From a candidate division FCPU426 bacterium (lineage in GTDB: Bacteria; Oederibacteriota; Muellerivitia; Muellerivitales; Muellerivitaceae): a stretch of DNA of 64,000 bases. Under the pieces are notes generated by a model. It was given only the letters and a program-made list of their open reading frames with translations. It was not told where the DNA came from and ran no database searches. Positions 48,608 to 58,468 of this stretch are shown here, piece by piece. The position numbers and the translations under genes are program-made. Positions within the stretch are counted from its first letter, which is position 1, and every line of letters starts with the position of its first letter. The stretch is taken from NCBI GenBank assembly GCA_963719085.1, contig CAVRAL010000001.1:480001-544000 (forward strand), read 5' to 3'.

Positions 48608-49195
48608 ATGTTCTTTTTGATAGTTCAAACTCTTTTTGATGCGGTTCTTCTCGCCGCGATTGTTTTTATTTTTCATTTTACCAACCATGAAATGAGCAAA
48701 AAGAAGGAAGAGGCCGATTTACTCAAAGCCCTCCAAGTTCAGGAAATCAAGGACCAACTCCAAGAGCTTTTGATGACCCTCAAGCAACTGGGGAAGGAAG
48801 TCTCGGACGATATCCAGGCTCAAGTGATGGAGGCGGAATTGAAAACGGACCTCATCCGAAAAAGCACGGTTAAAATTCAACGGGACTTGAAAAAAACATT
48901 GGCGTTGGCCGAGGAAGTGAACATCGAGAAGAAACGGCTTGAGGAAAAAGTCGAGATCATCCGGATGAAGCCGAAAAATGAGCCCCGGGCGCCGTTGACC
49001 GCCAAAGGCGCCGAATCGACGGAAAATAACTTGGGAAACTTGTCCTTGAACGATTCGGATTTGGTCCGCCAAGTTTATCAGTTGGCCGACGCGGAGGTGG
49101 ATGTGGACTCGATTTCTAAAAAGACCCATTTGACCCAAGGCGAGATTCAATTGATATTGAATTTGCGCGGGAATCGTTTTTCGACCCCGAATTAA
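48608..49195 (+). CDS. TM-coiled coil-HTH flagellar-associated protein (SwrB/DUF2802-like)
   Basis: N-terminal TM, coiled coil, C-terminal VYQLA...IS.....GEIQLILNL. Confidence 0.6.
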   Translation: MFFLIVQTLFDAVLLAAIVFIFHFTNHEMSKKKEEADLLKALQVQEIKDQLQELLMTLKQLGKEVSDDIQAQVMEAELKTDLIRKSTVKIQRDLKKTLALAEEVNIEKKRLEEKVEIIRMKPKNEPRAPLTAKGAESTENNLGNLSLNDSDLVRQVYQLADAEVDVDSISKKTHLTQGEIQLILNLRGNRFSTPN

Positions 49196-49846
49196 ATGGA
49201 AAAAGTTGTCGCGGCCGCCGGCGGGAATTTTTCCCCAAATCCCTTGGGCGGGATTAAAAATTTAAGGTCAGTCGCCGCCGTCATCGAGAAAAACATCCGG
49301 CCCGGGCAATTTTGGGCCGCGCTTGAAAATGGGGAGCGAATCAAGGTTCATGGCGCCGCGGAATTGACCGTGGGCCAAAAAGTAACCGTGTTGATGCCGG
49401 GCCCCGCGAATGCGGACAGGGCCAAGGCCGCGACCCTTTTGGCGGAAAGCGGCCCTTTGGCCGACAAAAGCGCGATGGTGTGGACCGCGCTGCTTCCTTT
49501 TGATTTCGCCCCGGGGCCGGGAGGGGGTGTGGCGAAGCTTGAGGTTTTTGTCGAGAAAGTGAAAAGGCATTCCTTGGAAAAGGCGGGCCGGGCCAGCTAT
49601 TTGGTTTTTACGACCGATTTTGAAAATGGGGATACCTTGCAATGGAGTGTTTATCTCAAGGGTAAAAATATATCCTTGCAAATTTATTCCAGTGAAAAAA
49701 CGGCTCAGCGGCATGACATGGACAAGTTGTCGGGGGAACTCGAGAAGCGGCTTAAAAAGTTGGGGTTTGTTTTGACCGCGCCCACGGTGCGGTTAGTGAA
49801 GCCCTTTAAGATTCCCCAGGGGTTTCGCTTGAATGTGAGGGCTTAA
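49196..49846 (+). CDS. Hypothetical protein, possible FliK C-terminal-like domain
   Basis: C-terminal beta-beta-helix ending LEKRLKKLGF; adjacent to FlhB-C-like gene. Confidence 0.45.
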   Translation: MEKVVAAAGGNFSPNPLGGIKNLRSVAAVIEKNIRPGQFWAALENGERIKVHGAAELTVGQKVTVLMPGPANADRAKAATLLAESGPLADKSAMVWTALLPFDFAPGPGGGVAKLEVFVEKVKRHSLEKAGRASYLVFTTDFENGDTLQWSVYLKGKNISLQIYSSEKTAQRHDMDKLSGELEKRLKKLGFVLTAPTVRLVKPFKIPQGFRLNVRA

Positions 49847-49847
49847 G

Positions 49848-50147
49848 TTGGGTCTTTTGGATCGGGCTAAAAAAAGGAAGATCTTTCGCAAAGCCGCGGT
49901 CGCGCTTCGGTACGATAAAAAGGCCATGCCGGCGCCGTTGGTTGTGGCCAAGGGACGCGGGGTAGTCGCTGAAAAATTAATCGAATTGGCCCGAAAAAGC
50001 GGGGTTCCGGTTTTGGAAGACCGTCTTTTAGTGGAGACATTGGACCAATTAAACGTGAATCAGGAGATTCCGCCTGAGCTTTATCAGGTGGTGGCCGAGA
50101 TTTTGGTGACGCTTTATAAAGCTGAAACCGGAATGCGAAAACAGTAA
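49848..50147 (+). CDS. Stand-alone FlhB C-terminal-like protein (EscU/YscU family)
   Basis: AVALRY..APLVVAKG.G..AE.....A...VP..E...IPPELYQVVAEIL. Confidence 0.88.
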   Translation: MGLLDRAKKRKIFRKAAVALRYDKKAMPAPLVVAKGRGVVAEKLIELARKSGVPVLEDRLLVETLDQLNVNQEIPPELYQVVAEILVTLYKAETGMRKQ

Positions 50148-50216
50148 ACTAGTAGATGGTCGTGGCGAGGCGTATCCATTAAACCAATTGTCCAAGGGCT
50201 TGTTTGGGCATGAAGG

Positions 50217-52334
50217 GTGACGAGACCGGTGAAAAAGGCAACTTTCTTGAAAGCTCACGGCAGGCTGTTTTTCCTGGGATTGGCGGTATTCCTTAATTTG
50301 GCCGCTTGGAGCCAGGTTTATGGCCAAGTCACCACCCAGACCCAGCCCATTTTTGGGCGAAAAGAGACTTTTGGCATAGGCCCCCGGGCGATTGGGATGG
50401 GCGGAGCTTTCACGGCTTTATCGGATGACGCTTCGGCGGTTTATTGGAATCCGGCGGGTTTATCCCAGCTTTCGTCTTACGAACTGGAACTTTCCGCCTC
50501 GCCGGTTAACTTCGACAGTCATTTCGGCTTCCCTTACTACTCCTCCATTCAGTTCGTCATGCCCATCGCCAAAGAAAACACCCTGGCCCTTTCCATGTTT
50601 CGCCCTTTTAATCCCCAACGGGACTATTTCGCGGGAAGCGGCTTGGGCTCGGCTGATACGGGGGAAGCCAGCTATATTATGAATCCTTCATTTCAAGAAA
50701 GTGAAATCATCCTGTCTTACGCCGCCCGGTTCACCACGCTTCAAAATTTCGCGGTGGGCGTGAATATCAAAAGGATCACCAATGATCCCTACTACATTAA
50801 ATATTTCGCCAATTCGGACGATTCTCAAGAGCCCGAAGTCGCCCAATCGCTGGCGAACGCCACGAGGGTCATCGGTTATGGAGTTGATATCGGATTACTT
50901 TATCGTATTCCAATCACCAAATATTCCGAGGAATTCCGTTTGGGGTTGGATCTGCGCGATTTGGTCAGCCGGGTGGATTATGTGAACGGTCTCGGGGTGA
51001 CAACGGTGGCTCCGGGCCCCGTTACGACGGTCGCTTATTCCGAGGGCGGCGGTTATGAAACCAATATCCCGACCGAAATTACCTTGGGATTGGCCTTAAC
51101 CAATCATTATTTCTTCCGCGTACGGAATGTCATGGCTTTTGACTATGACCAAATTTCGGATCCGCGGTTTGACGGCTCGGATAACACTTTCATCCGTTTT
51201 GGGACTGAGTTCTGGTTTTTCAACGATGTCCTGGGCGTTCGGGCTGGATACTCAACACCGGTCACCCGTCCGGGAACGATCAGCATGGGCTTGAGCTTCC
51301 GGAGTTTAGGCGGGGATTTTCAGGCGGACTTGGCTTATCTTTTGCCGGTCAGCCCAACCGCCGACGTCGCTTCAGGTTCGGCTATTGGTGTGTATAACGA
51401 GGGCGGGATTAATTTTGAGCCCTTCTACATCGGTCTGGATTACGCTTTTGGGGGCGGGCAAGAGCTTCCGCCGCCCAAGGTCAGCGCTTTCGTGAGGCCG
51501 GCTGCCTTTACGCCCGCGCAAGGGGAAAAGGCCACCTTTTTCTTGGACACGACGGAAGACGTGGACGTGAAAAAATGGAGCGTATTGATTTACGACTCGA
51601 ATAATCATTATGTCCGCGGTCTGCGCGGGGTGGGTTCGCCTCCGACCCAACTGGTTTGGAGCGGGGAAGACGATTCGTATCAACCGCTTCCGCCGGGAGT
51701 TTATACCTGGGCCTTTCAGGTGCAGGATGAGTTGGGCCATATCGGATCCACCGCCATCCAAACGGTTGAGATTTTAGCCGCGCCTCAAGCGCTCACCCGG
51801 GATCCGGCGAAACTTTTGGCGATCCGTCAACAACAGGCGGCATTGTTGGCCCAAGAGCGTCAAACCTTAAGCGCCTTGGCCCAGAAGAATTTAAACGACT
51901 TGCTGGGCGAGCCGACGCCGAACACGGCGACGGCCGCGGGAGTGGAACCCCAGGCCAATACCTTGACGCCGGAGGCCGGAGGGGTCCCCGTGATTGGTTT
52001 TACCAGTATTCCGCCGGAAGATGTTTTGAACGCCCACTTTGACAAGAACGCCAATGGGGAACCGGTGGTGGACGTGAGTTACCAATCCAAGCTCGATTAT
52101 GTGCCTTATATTTACCAAGAGGCCTCGGATGTCATTAAGGCCACGGTTAATTCAGTAGGAACTGGTTTAAAAGACATCCAAACTCGTGTATATTACGGTA
52201 AGAATGAGCTTTCTATCAGCACGCCTAGTGAAGCCGCCGCCAATTACGCTTCGGGAAAAATTAACCAGCTTCAGTTGATGCAGCTTTCGGAAATCGTTAT
52301 TAATGGCCAAAAGGTAGGTCCGAATGGTTATTAA
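50217..52334 (+). CDS. PorV/FadL-like outer-membrane beta-barrel + FlgD-Ig-like domain + unknown C-terminal domain
   Basis: Signal peptide; GIGPRAIGMGGAFTALSDDASAVYWNPAGL; amphipathic strands to IGLDYAFG; AFTP..IYD..WSGED..LPPGVY; Gln-rich helix. Confidence 0.75.
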   Translation: MTRPVKKATFLKAHGRLFFLGLAVFLNLAAWSQVYGQVTTQTQPIFGRKETFGIGPRAIGMGGAFTALSDDASAVYWNPAGLSQLSSYELELSASPVNFDSHFGFPYYSSIQFVMPIAKENTLALSMFRPFNPQRDYFAGSGLGSADTGEASYIMNPSFQESEIILSYAARFTTLQNFAVGVNIKRITNDPYYIKYFANSDDSQEPEVAQSLANATRVIGYGVDIGLLYRIPITKYSEEFRLGLDLRDLVSRVDYVNGLGVTTVAPGPVTTVAYSEGGGYETNIPTEITLGLALTNHYFFRVRNVMAFDYDQISDPRFDGSDNTFIRFGTEFWFFNDVLGVRAGYSTPVTRPGTISMGLSFRSLGGDFQADLAYLLPVSPTADVASGSAIGVYNEGGINFEPFYIGLDYAFGGGQELPPPKVSAFVRPAAFTPAQGEKATFFLDTTEDVDVKKWSVLIYDSNNHYVRGLRGVGSPPTQLVWSGEDDSYQPLPPGVYTWAFQVQDELGHIGSTAIQTVEILAAPQALTRDPAKLLAIRQQQAALLAQERQTLSALAQKNLNDLLGEPTPNTATAAGVEPQANTLTPEAGGVPVIGFTSIPPEDVLNAHFDKNANGEPVVDVSYQSKLDYVPYIYQEASDVIKATVNSVGTGLKDIQTRVYYGKNELSISTPSEAAANYASGKINQLQLMQLSEIVINGQKVGPNGY

Positions 52335-53970
52335 CCAAAAAACACTTGAACTCAAAAATACCTCAAAAGGGTTATTTTTGAGTTCCTCCTTTTTTAAGTG
52401 TTTTGTCTTGTTTTGTTTTTTCTCCTTGCTTCAAAGTCCCGCCTTCGCCGTATTCGACAAGGGGGGGATTTCGGGTATTGGGGCAAGGCCTTTGGGCATG
52501 GGCGGGGCCTTCACGACCGTCGCCGACTCCAGTGACGCGATCTTTTACAATCCCGCCGGGTTGATTCAGGTTTTGCGGCCTGAAGTTTCCGGGATGGGAG
52601 CGGTTCTTTTGAACGGAAAAGAAGACCTATTTGACTTGGCTTATGTTCAACCCTTCGCGGATCAGTTGGCTTGGGCCATTGCCATTCAAGACTTGGACGA
52701 CAATGGAGGCCCCTCGGAAGGCTCGGAAAGAATTTATTACGCCACCTTCGCCGCGCCTTTGGCGGTGGACAAATCATTTTCGTTTGGTTTGAACGTCAAG
52801 TTGTTGACGGTTGATTCTCCCACCCTGCCCAATTATTCCGCCAATGGGATCGGGTTTGACATGGGCTTTTTATATCATCTGCCCATTTTGGATCCGCGTT
52901 ATGGAAAGCGCATTAACATCGGTTTATCGGCCCAGGATTTGGACACCAACATCCAATGGCAGGATGGAAGCCAAACTAAAATTCCATTGGATGTGCGTGG
53001 CGGATTCAGCTACCAGTTCAACGATGATTTAACATTGGCCTGCGAGCTGGAGGATTTTGATGATCCGGATTTATCGACCCAAAGAACTCTTTTGCACGTG
53101 GGGCTGGAAGATTGGTTTTTTCAGGACCAATTGGGTTTACGGACCGGTTACAGCGAATTTGTGACGGAAGACGGCCAGTTTACGCTGGGGATCAGCTATC
53201 GTTCCCGGACCTGGGGAGTGGACTACGCTTTCATCGGTCATCCGCAATTCTTGGGTTCTTCCCACCGTATTTCGGCCAACTGGCGCTTCGGGGACACCTT
53301 TTTCGCCAAAGCCCAAAGTTTTATTCCCGAAGGCGTCGCCTCTTATGTTGAGGGGGACATCATTACGTTGAAATGGCTGGGTTCTCCCAGCGTTTCGGTG
53401 GACGGCTATAACGTTTATTTCAGCAAGACCACGGGCAGCGGCTATGTCAAAATTAACAAGAACCCCATCAAGACGACTTATTACGCGCTTCGGGGTTTGG
53501 AAAAAAACACCCAATATTATTTCGTCGTGACTTCGGTGACGGCCACGGTTCCCCCGGTGGAAAGCCAGTATTCGCGTGAGGTGGTGGCGATCACCACCGC
53601 GGCGCCCGGCGCTCCTGTGGTTGTTCAGAGCGACGTTCAAAACGAAGGGGTGATTGATATCGCCAAGCAATCCCAGATGGGGAATTTCCCCGATCCCGCG
53701 AAAAATGGGTTGCGGGGCTATAACATCTATTTCTCGGAAGTTTCCGGCGGGCGGTTTGACCGGGTTAACAACCAACCCATCGCGAATGTCCCGACCTATC
53801 TGGTCCGAAAGCTGAAAGTGGGCCAGCGTTATTTCTTTAAATTCACTTCCGTCGGAATGGACGGCTCGGAAAGCGTTCCGACGCAAGAGATCAGCTTCAT
53901 CGCCTTGCCTTACAGTACGGTGGTGCAGAGCGGCACCGCGAGCGTTCCCGCGGCGGGCGCGGCGCACTAA
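52324..53970 (+). CDS. PorV/FadL-like outer-membrane beta-barrel + two fibronectin-III-like domains
   Basis: Signal peptide (AFA-V); GIGARPLGMGGAFTTVADSSDAIFYNPAGL; VDYAF..LGSSHRIS..WRF; FN3 motifs LKW..GYNVY..GL..NTQYYFVVT..ES and GYNIY..LKVGQRYFF..ES. Confidence 0.78.
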   Translation: MVINQKTLELKNTSKGLFLSSSFFKCFVLFCFFSLLQSPAFAVFDKGGISGIGARPLGMGGAFTTVADSSDAIFYNPAGLIQVLRPEVSGMGAVLLNGKEDLFDLAYVQPFADQLAWAIAIQDLDDNGGPSEGSERIYYATFAAPLAVDKSFSFGLNVKLLTVDSPTLPNYSANGIGFDMGFLYHLPILDPRYGKRINIGLSAQDLDTNIQWQDGSQTKIPLDVRGGFSYQFNDDLTLACELEDFDDPDLSTQRTLLHVGLEDWFFQDQLGLRTGYSEFVTEDGQFTLGISYRSRTWGVDYAFIGHPQFLGSSHRISANWRFGDTFFAKAQSFIPEGVASYVEGDIITLKWLGSPSVSVDGYNVYFSKTTGSGYVKINKNPIKTTYYALRGLEKNTQYYFVVTSVTATVPPVESQYSREVVAITTAAPGAPVVVQSDVQNEGVIDIAKQSQMGNFPDPAKNGLRGYNIYFSEVSGGRFDRVNNQPIANVPTYLVRKLKVGQRYFFKFTSVGMDGSESVPTQEISFIALPYSTVVQSGTASVPAAGAAH

Positions 53971-54001
53971 AAAGTTGATAAGAATCGAAACGGAGATTTA
54001 A

Positions 54002-54787
54002 ATGCCAAGTGGTTTATACATAGCGGCTTCAGGCATGAACGCGACGATGACACAGCAGGATGTTATCGCCAACAATCTGGCCAACGTCAGCACGGTGGGC
54101 TTTAAGGGCAACCGGGCCATTGACGCCGCTTTTCCGACCTACTTGATCGCCCGGATCAACGACCAGCACCTCAAGACGCCTGAAGGCAGCGTGGAACTTC
54201 GACCCAATATAGGGCTCATGGGCGGCGGGGTGATTCCGGTGGAGACGCCGGTGGATTACAGCCAAGGGTCCCGGGTGGAAACCCAAAATCCCGTGGACTT
54301 CGCCTTGACGGGCCCGGGCTTTTTCACCGTCATGAATCCGGACGGCAAGATTCTCTATACCCGGGATGGAAGTTTTAATCTGGACTCGGACGGCCGATTG
54401 GTGACCAAGGACGGGTTGCCGGTGATGGGCCATAACGGACAAATTTTCGTCGACGGAAAGAACCTGGTCGTGGATCAGCAGGGCAATATCACGGTGGATG
54501 GCAAGGCCGTGGACCAATTGTCAATTGTGCAAATTAAGAACCAAGACCAACTGGTGAAGGTGGGGCATTCCCTGTTTGAGGGCAATTCGGCGCTTCAAGT
54601 GACGAAATGGCCGGATAATATCCAGGTGCAGCAAGGCTTTTTAGAGCAATCGAACGTTAATTCGGTTGAGGAAATGGTTCATATGATCGATGTCACTCGG
54701 TCCTATGAAATGAATTCTCGGGTGGTTTCGACCTATGATAATATCATGGGCCAGGCGGCGTCCGAGATAGGGACGTTGAGGGTTTAG
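54002..54787 (+). CDS. flgF: Flagellar rod protein FlgF (FlgF/G family)
   Basis: GLYIAASGM, ANNLANVST.GFK, YTRDG.F, QGFLEQSNV. Confidence 0.85.
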   Translation: MPSGLYIAASGMNATMTQQDVIANNLANVSTVGFKGNRAIDAAFPTYLIARINDQHLKTPEGSVELRPNIGLMGGGVIPVETPVDYSQGSRVETQNPVDFALTGPGFFTVMNPDGKILYTRDGSFNLDSDGRLVTKDGLPVMGHNGQIFVDGKNLVVDQQGNITVDGKAVDQLSIVQIKNQDQLVKVGHSLFEGNSALQVTKWPDNIQVQQGFLEQSNVNSVEEMVHMIDVTRSYEMNSRVVSTYDNIMGQAASEIGTLRV

Positions 54788-54919
54788 TTTTTTGAGCTGA
54801 GTTGTTGACGGCCGGACTGCTATGCGGAGGCCGTTCTTATCGCTGAACGATTGAGGCGATAAAAACATTCGCGGTTTTCCCGTTTCTTTCGGGAAAGTCG
54901 TGAAAATTTGGGAGGCACT

Positions 54920-55714
54920 ATGCAGTCACTGTACACGGCAGCCACGGGTATGGAAGCCCAGCAGATGAATATCGATACGATCGCCAATAATCTGGCGAAC
55001 GTCAGCACGACGGGCTTCAAAAAACAGCGGATCGATTTCCAAGATCTCCTTTATCTCAATTTGAAACCGGCCGGCACCCCGACTTCCCCGGAAACCAAAA
55101 CCCCGACTCCGATCGAAATAGGCGAAGGCGTGAAATCGGTCGCCACCGACCGCATTTTCACCCAGGGAAGCGTTCAGAACACTAACAATCCGCTGGACTT
55201 GATGATCTCAGGGAATAACGGATTTTTTAAAGTGACCCTGCCCAACGGCGACACGGCTTATACCCGGGATGGAACCTTCCACCAAGACGGTGATGGGAAC
55301 ATCGTCACCAGCAATGGTTATTATTTAGACCCCCAAGTGCAGATTCCCCAGGACACCAGCACAGTGACTATTAATCAGGTCGGCCAGATTTTCGTGACCC
55401 AATCGGGTTCGACGACCCAAACGCAAATCGGCCAGCTGGAAATCAGCAATTTCGTGAATCCGGGTGGTTTGCAATCCTTGGGAAGCAATCTTTATGAGTC
55501 CACTCCCGCTTCAGGGGAGGCCATTGACGGCACCCCCGGTAGCGCGGGATTTGGGAACGTCACCCAAGGGGCCCTTGAGGCCTCCAATGTGGACGTGGTC
55601 TCCGAGATGGTGAATTTGATCACGGCCCAACGGGCTTATGAAATGAACGCGAAAACAGTTTCCACGGCGGACGATATGTTGGCGACGGTCGCTCAGTTGA
55701 AACAGCTTCCGTAA
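54920..55714 (+). CDS. flgG: Distal rod protein FlgG
   Basis: SLYTAATGM.AQQ, FQDLLY, YTRDG, F.NP.GL, LEASNV..EMVNLITAQRAYE.N; SD GGAGG before ATG 54920. Confidence 0.95.
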   Translation: MQSLYTAATGMEAQQMNIDTIANNLANVSTTGFKKQRIDFQDLLYLNLKPAGTPTSPETKTPTPIEIGEGVKSVATDRIFTQGSVQNTNNPLDLMISGNNGFFKVTLPNGDTAYTRDGTFHQDGDGNIVTSNGYYLDPQVQIPQDTSTVTINQVGQIFVTQSGSTTQTQIGQLEISNFVNPGGLQSLGSNLYESTPASGEAIDGTPGSAGFGNVTQGALEASNVDVVSEMVNLITAQRAYEMNAKTVSTADDMLATVAQLKQLP

Positions 55715-55723
55715 GCTAATCCC

Positions 55724-56713
55724 GTGACGCGGTCATTCGCTTGGCTTGTTTTAAGTCTTTTTGTTTTCGGGGCCCCCATGGCGCGGGCCCAGGAAAACCC
55801 GGCTGTTCAAGTTTTGCTGAGGATGCCCGAGAAGGCCTCCGTGATCGGCCCGGATGTGCGGTTGGGGGAGATCGCGGAAATCATCACCGCGGACAAGGCC
55901 CTTTCGGAGCGCTTATTGAGGCTGGTCATCGCCAAGGCGCCGCCGGCGGGCGATAAAATTTCCTTGGCTCAAGCCGCGGTGAAAGTGGCTTTGTACCGGG
56001 AGGGCTACGAACTAAAAACCTTTCAGTTCGCGGGCCCCGCGGTCACTGAAATTATGACCTCCAGCCAGCCTGTTTTGGCCTCTTCGCTGCTTCCGGAAGC
56101 GAAGGCCTTTGTGGCGGGCCAGTTGAAAGAGGATCCGGCGAATGTGGACGTCAAGTTGTCGACGGACGACAAAACCATCGTTCTTCCGTCGGGGGAAGTC
56201 ACGGAGCGCTTTTTACCTTCCTTTTCAGGCCAATATCAGGGGCTGGTGCTTCTGACGGTTCAATTGCAAGTGGATGGGCGGGAAGTGCGGGAACTGCCCT
56301 TGCGGCTGTCCGTGGATGTGATGCACCCGGTGGCGGTGACTAAAACCTCGGTTCAATCGGGGGATAAGTTTTCGACGGATAATGTCTCGCTGACGCGGTG
56401 GCCTCAAGCCAAGACGCCCCCGAACGCGATCCGGGATTTAAACGGGGTTTTGGGGCATACCTCCAGCGCGTATTTGGCCCCGGGCTCGGTGGTGGTGTTG
56501 AATGACTTATATGATCCCCCGGTTGTTCGCCGGGGAACGGAAATCAACGGGGTGATGGAACAAGGAAACGTGGAGCTTTCGGTTTTGGTGCGCGCGATTG
56601 AGGATGGGAAAATGGGGGATGTGATCCGGGTGGAAAACACCGATTCCCACAAGCTTTTGAAGGCGAAAGTTTTGGACGAAAAGACGGTTTTGATCGAGGC
56701 GGATAAATCATGA
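55724..56713 (+). CDS. flgA: P-ring chaperone FlgA
   Basis: Signal peptide; SAF-like region; A.EDG..GDVIRVEN..S. Confidence 0.88.
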   Translation: MTRSFAWLVLSLFVFGAPMARAQENPAVQVLLRMPEKASVIGPDVRLGEIAEIITADKALSERLLRLVIAKAPPAGDKISLAQAAVKVALYREGYELKTFQFAGPAVTEIMTSSQPVLASSLLPEAKAFVAGQLKEDPANVDVKLSTDDKTIVLPSGEVTERFLPSFSGQYQGLVLLTVQLQVDGREVRELPLRLSVDVMHPVAVTKTSVQSGDKFSTDNVSLTRWPQAKTPPNAIRDLNGVLGHTSSAYLAPGSVVVLNDLYDPPVVRRGTEINGVMEQGNVELSVLVRAIEDGKMGDVIRVENTDSHKLLKAKVLDEKTVLIEADKS

Positions 56714-57321
56714 AGGGTTCTGACATGAGGACGATATTTTATTTGGCGGTTTGTCTGGTTTGCTGCGCGTCGGTTTTCGCTGATTCCCTCTATCCCATCG
56801 AGGGGAGCAGCAACTCCATTTACACCGAAAAACGCGCCCGCCGGGTCGGGGATGTGGTGACGGTCATCATCCAAGAGCAGGACAGCGCTTCCCAGGGCGT
56901 GACCAGCAACGACCAAAAGAACGCCAACGTGGGTTTTGGCGCGGGCCTGGGTTTTTTCAGCGGTTACAACAGCATCCCGACCCAAAATCAAGTGGGGGTG
57001 GGGGCCCAAAGCTATAATCAAGGCCAGGGTTCTTCCAGCCGGGCGTCCAACGTGACCGGGCAAATTACGGCTAAGATCATTTCCGTTTTGCCCAACGGTA
57101 ATTACATGATCAGCGGCGATAGCTATGTCGAAGTAAACGACGATAAACAGACCATCGAGCTGACGGGGGAAATCAGGCCGGATGATATCAGCAGCGAAAA
57201 TACCATTCCGTCCTCGCGCATCGCGAACGCTAAAGTGAAATTTACGGGAACGGGTCCGGCCTCCGAAGCGGCCCATCCGGGAATCTTAACGAGGATTTTG
57301 TCGTGGCTGGGTCTCTTTTAA
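56710..57321 (+). CDS. flgH: L-ring protein FlgH
   Basis: RARRVGDVVTVII.E, VLPNGN, G.IRPDDI...NTI.S..IANA; start 56710 or 56725. Confidence 0.92.
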   Translation: MKGSDMRTIFYLAVCLVCCASVFADSLYPIEGSSNSIYTEKRARRVGDVVTVIIQEQDSASQGVTSNDQKNANVGFGAGLGFFSGYNSIPTQNQVGVGAQSYNQGQGSSSRASNVTGQITAKIISVLPNGNYMISGDSYVEVNDDKQTIELTGEIRPDDISSENTIPSSRIANAKVKFTGTGPASEAAHPGILTRILSWLGLF

Positions 57322-57337
57322 TTCAGGGTGGTGAGGT

Positions 57338-58453
57338 GTGGGTGTGATTAAAAAAATAACGGTCTTGTTTTCGATTCTCGCGCTTTTCGGCGCTTCCGCG
57401 GCCCAGGCGGCCCAGGTCCGCTTAAAGTCCATCGCCAGCGTCAAGGGCGTAAGGGAAAACCAGCTCATCGGCTATGGTTTGGTGGTGGGTTTGCAGCAGA
57501 CGGGGGATACCCAGCGGGTGACCGCCACGCTTCAGAGCATCACTAATATGTTGTCCCAGTTCGGGATCGTGGTGAGCCCGGCCCAAATCCGGACTAAAAA
57601 CGTGGCCGCGGTCATGGTCACGGCCCAGCTGCCGGCTTTGGTGAAGTCGGGGGATAAGATTGACGTAACCGTTTCCTCCATTGGGGACGCCCAAAGTTTG
57701 CAGGGCGGCAACCTGCTCCTCACCCCCTTGCAGGGGCCCGATGGACAAGTTTACGCCGCGGCGCAAGGGGCCTTGGCGGTGGGCGGTTATAGCGATAACA
57801 CGGATGAACTTCCGCAGATTCAGGTGGATCAAACCAATGTGGGCCGGGTGCCGAACGGCGCCTTGGTGGAACGGGAAGTGCCTTCTTCTTACGTGGATAA
57901 CAACACGATCTCGATTCTTTTGGGCAAACCCGATTTCGGGCAGGCTTCGTTGGTGGTCCAGGCTTTGAATCAGCAGTTTGGGGAGGCCGTGGCGAAGGCT
58001 TCGGACGCGGACCAGATCGACGTCAAGATTCCTTTCAATTATCAAGACAATGTGGTGGATTTTGTGGCGGCGGTGGAAAACACCCAAGTCATGGCGGACT
58101 CCCCGGCGGATAAAGTCGTGGTGAATGAAAGAACCGGCACGGTTGTTTTAGGCCAGGATGTGCGCATTGACGCGGTGGCCATCGCCCACGGAAATCTTCG
58201 GTTGGTGGTGCGCGACACCACTCAAATCACGCACGACGCCGTTTTCGGCAAGGATGAGTTGACCCATACCACCACGATCACGACGGACAACGCCGATAAA
58301 AAAGGGAACTTGGTTGTTCTTCCGGATGGCGCGACTTTGATGGACGTAGTGACAGCGATCAACGCGGTGGGAGCTACTCCGCGGGATCTCATCTCGATTT
58401 TGCAAGCGGTGAAGGCCGCGGGCGCTTTGCACGCCGATCTTGAGATTATTTAA
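57338..58453 (+). CDS. flgI: P-ring protein FlgI
   Basis: GVRENQLIGYGLVVGL..TGD, KNVAAVMVTA, SIGDA.SL.GG, NERTGT, AGALHA. Confidence 0.96.
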   Translation: MGVIKKITVLFSILALFGASAAQAAQVRLKSIASVKGVRENQLIGYGLVVGLQQTGDTQRVTATLQSITNMLSQFGIVVSPAQIRTKNVAAVMVTAQLPALVKSGDKIDVTVSSIGDAQSLQGGNLLLTPLQGPDGQVYAAAQGALAVGGYSDNTDELPQIQVDQTNVGRVPNGALVEREVPSSYVDNNTISILLGKPDFGQASLVVQALNQQFGEAVAKASDADQIDVKIPFNYQDNVVDFVAAVENTQVMADSPADKVVVNERTGTVVLGQDVRIDAVAIAHGNLRLVVRDTTQITHDAVFGKDELTHTTTITTDNADKKGNLVVLPDGATLMDVVTAINAVGATPRDLISILQAVKAAGALHADLEII

Positions 58454-58468
58454 CGAGGGCCCCTCTAA

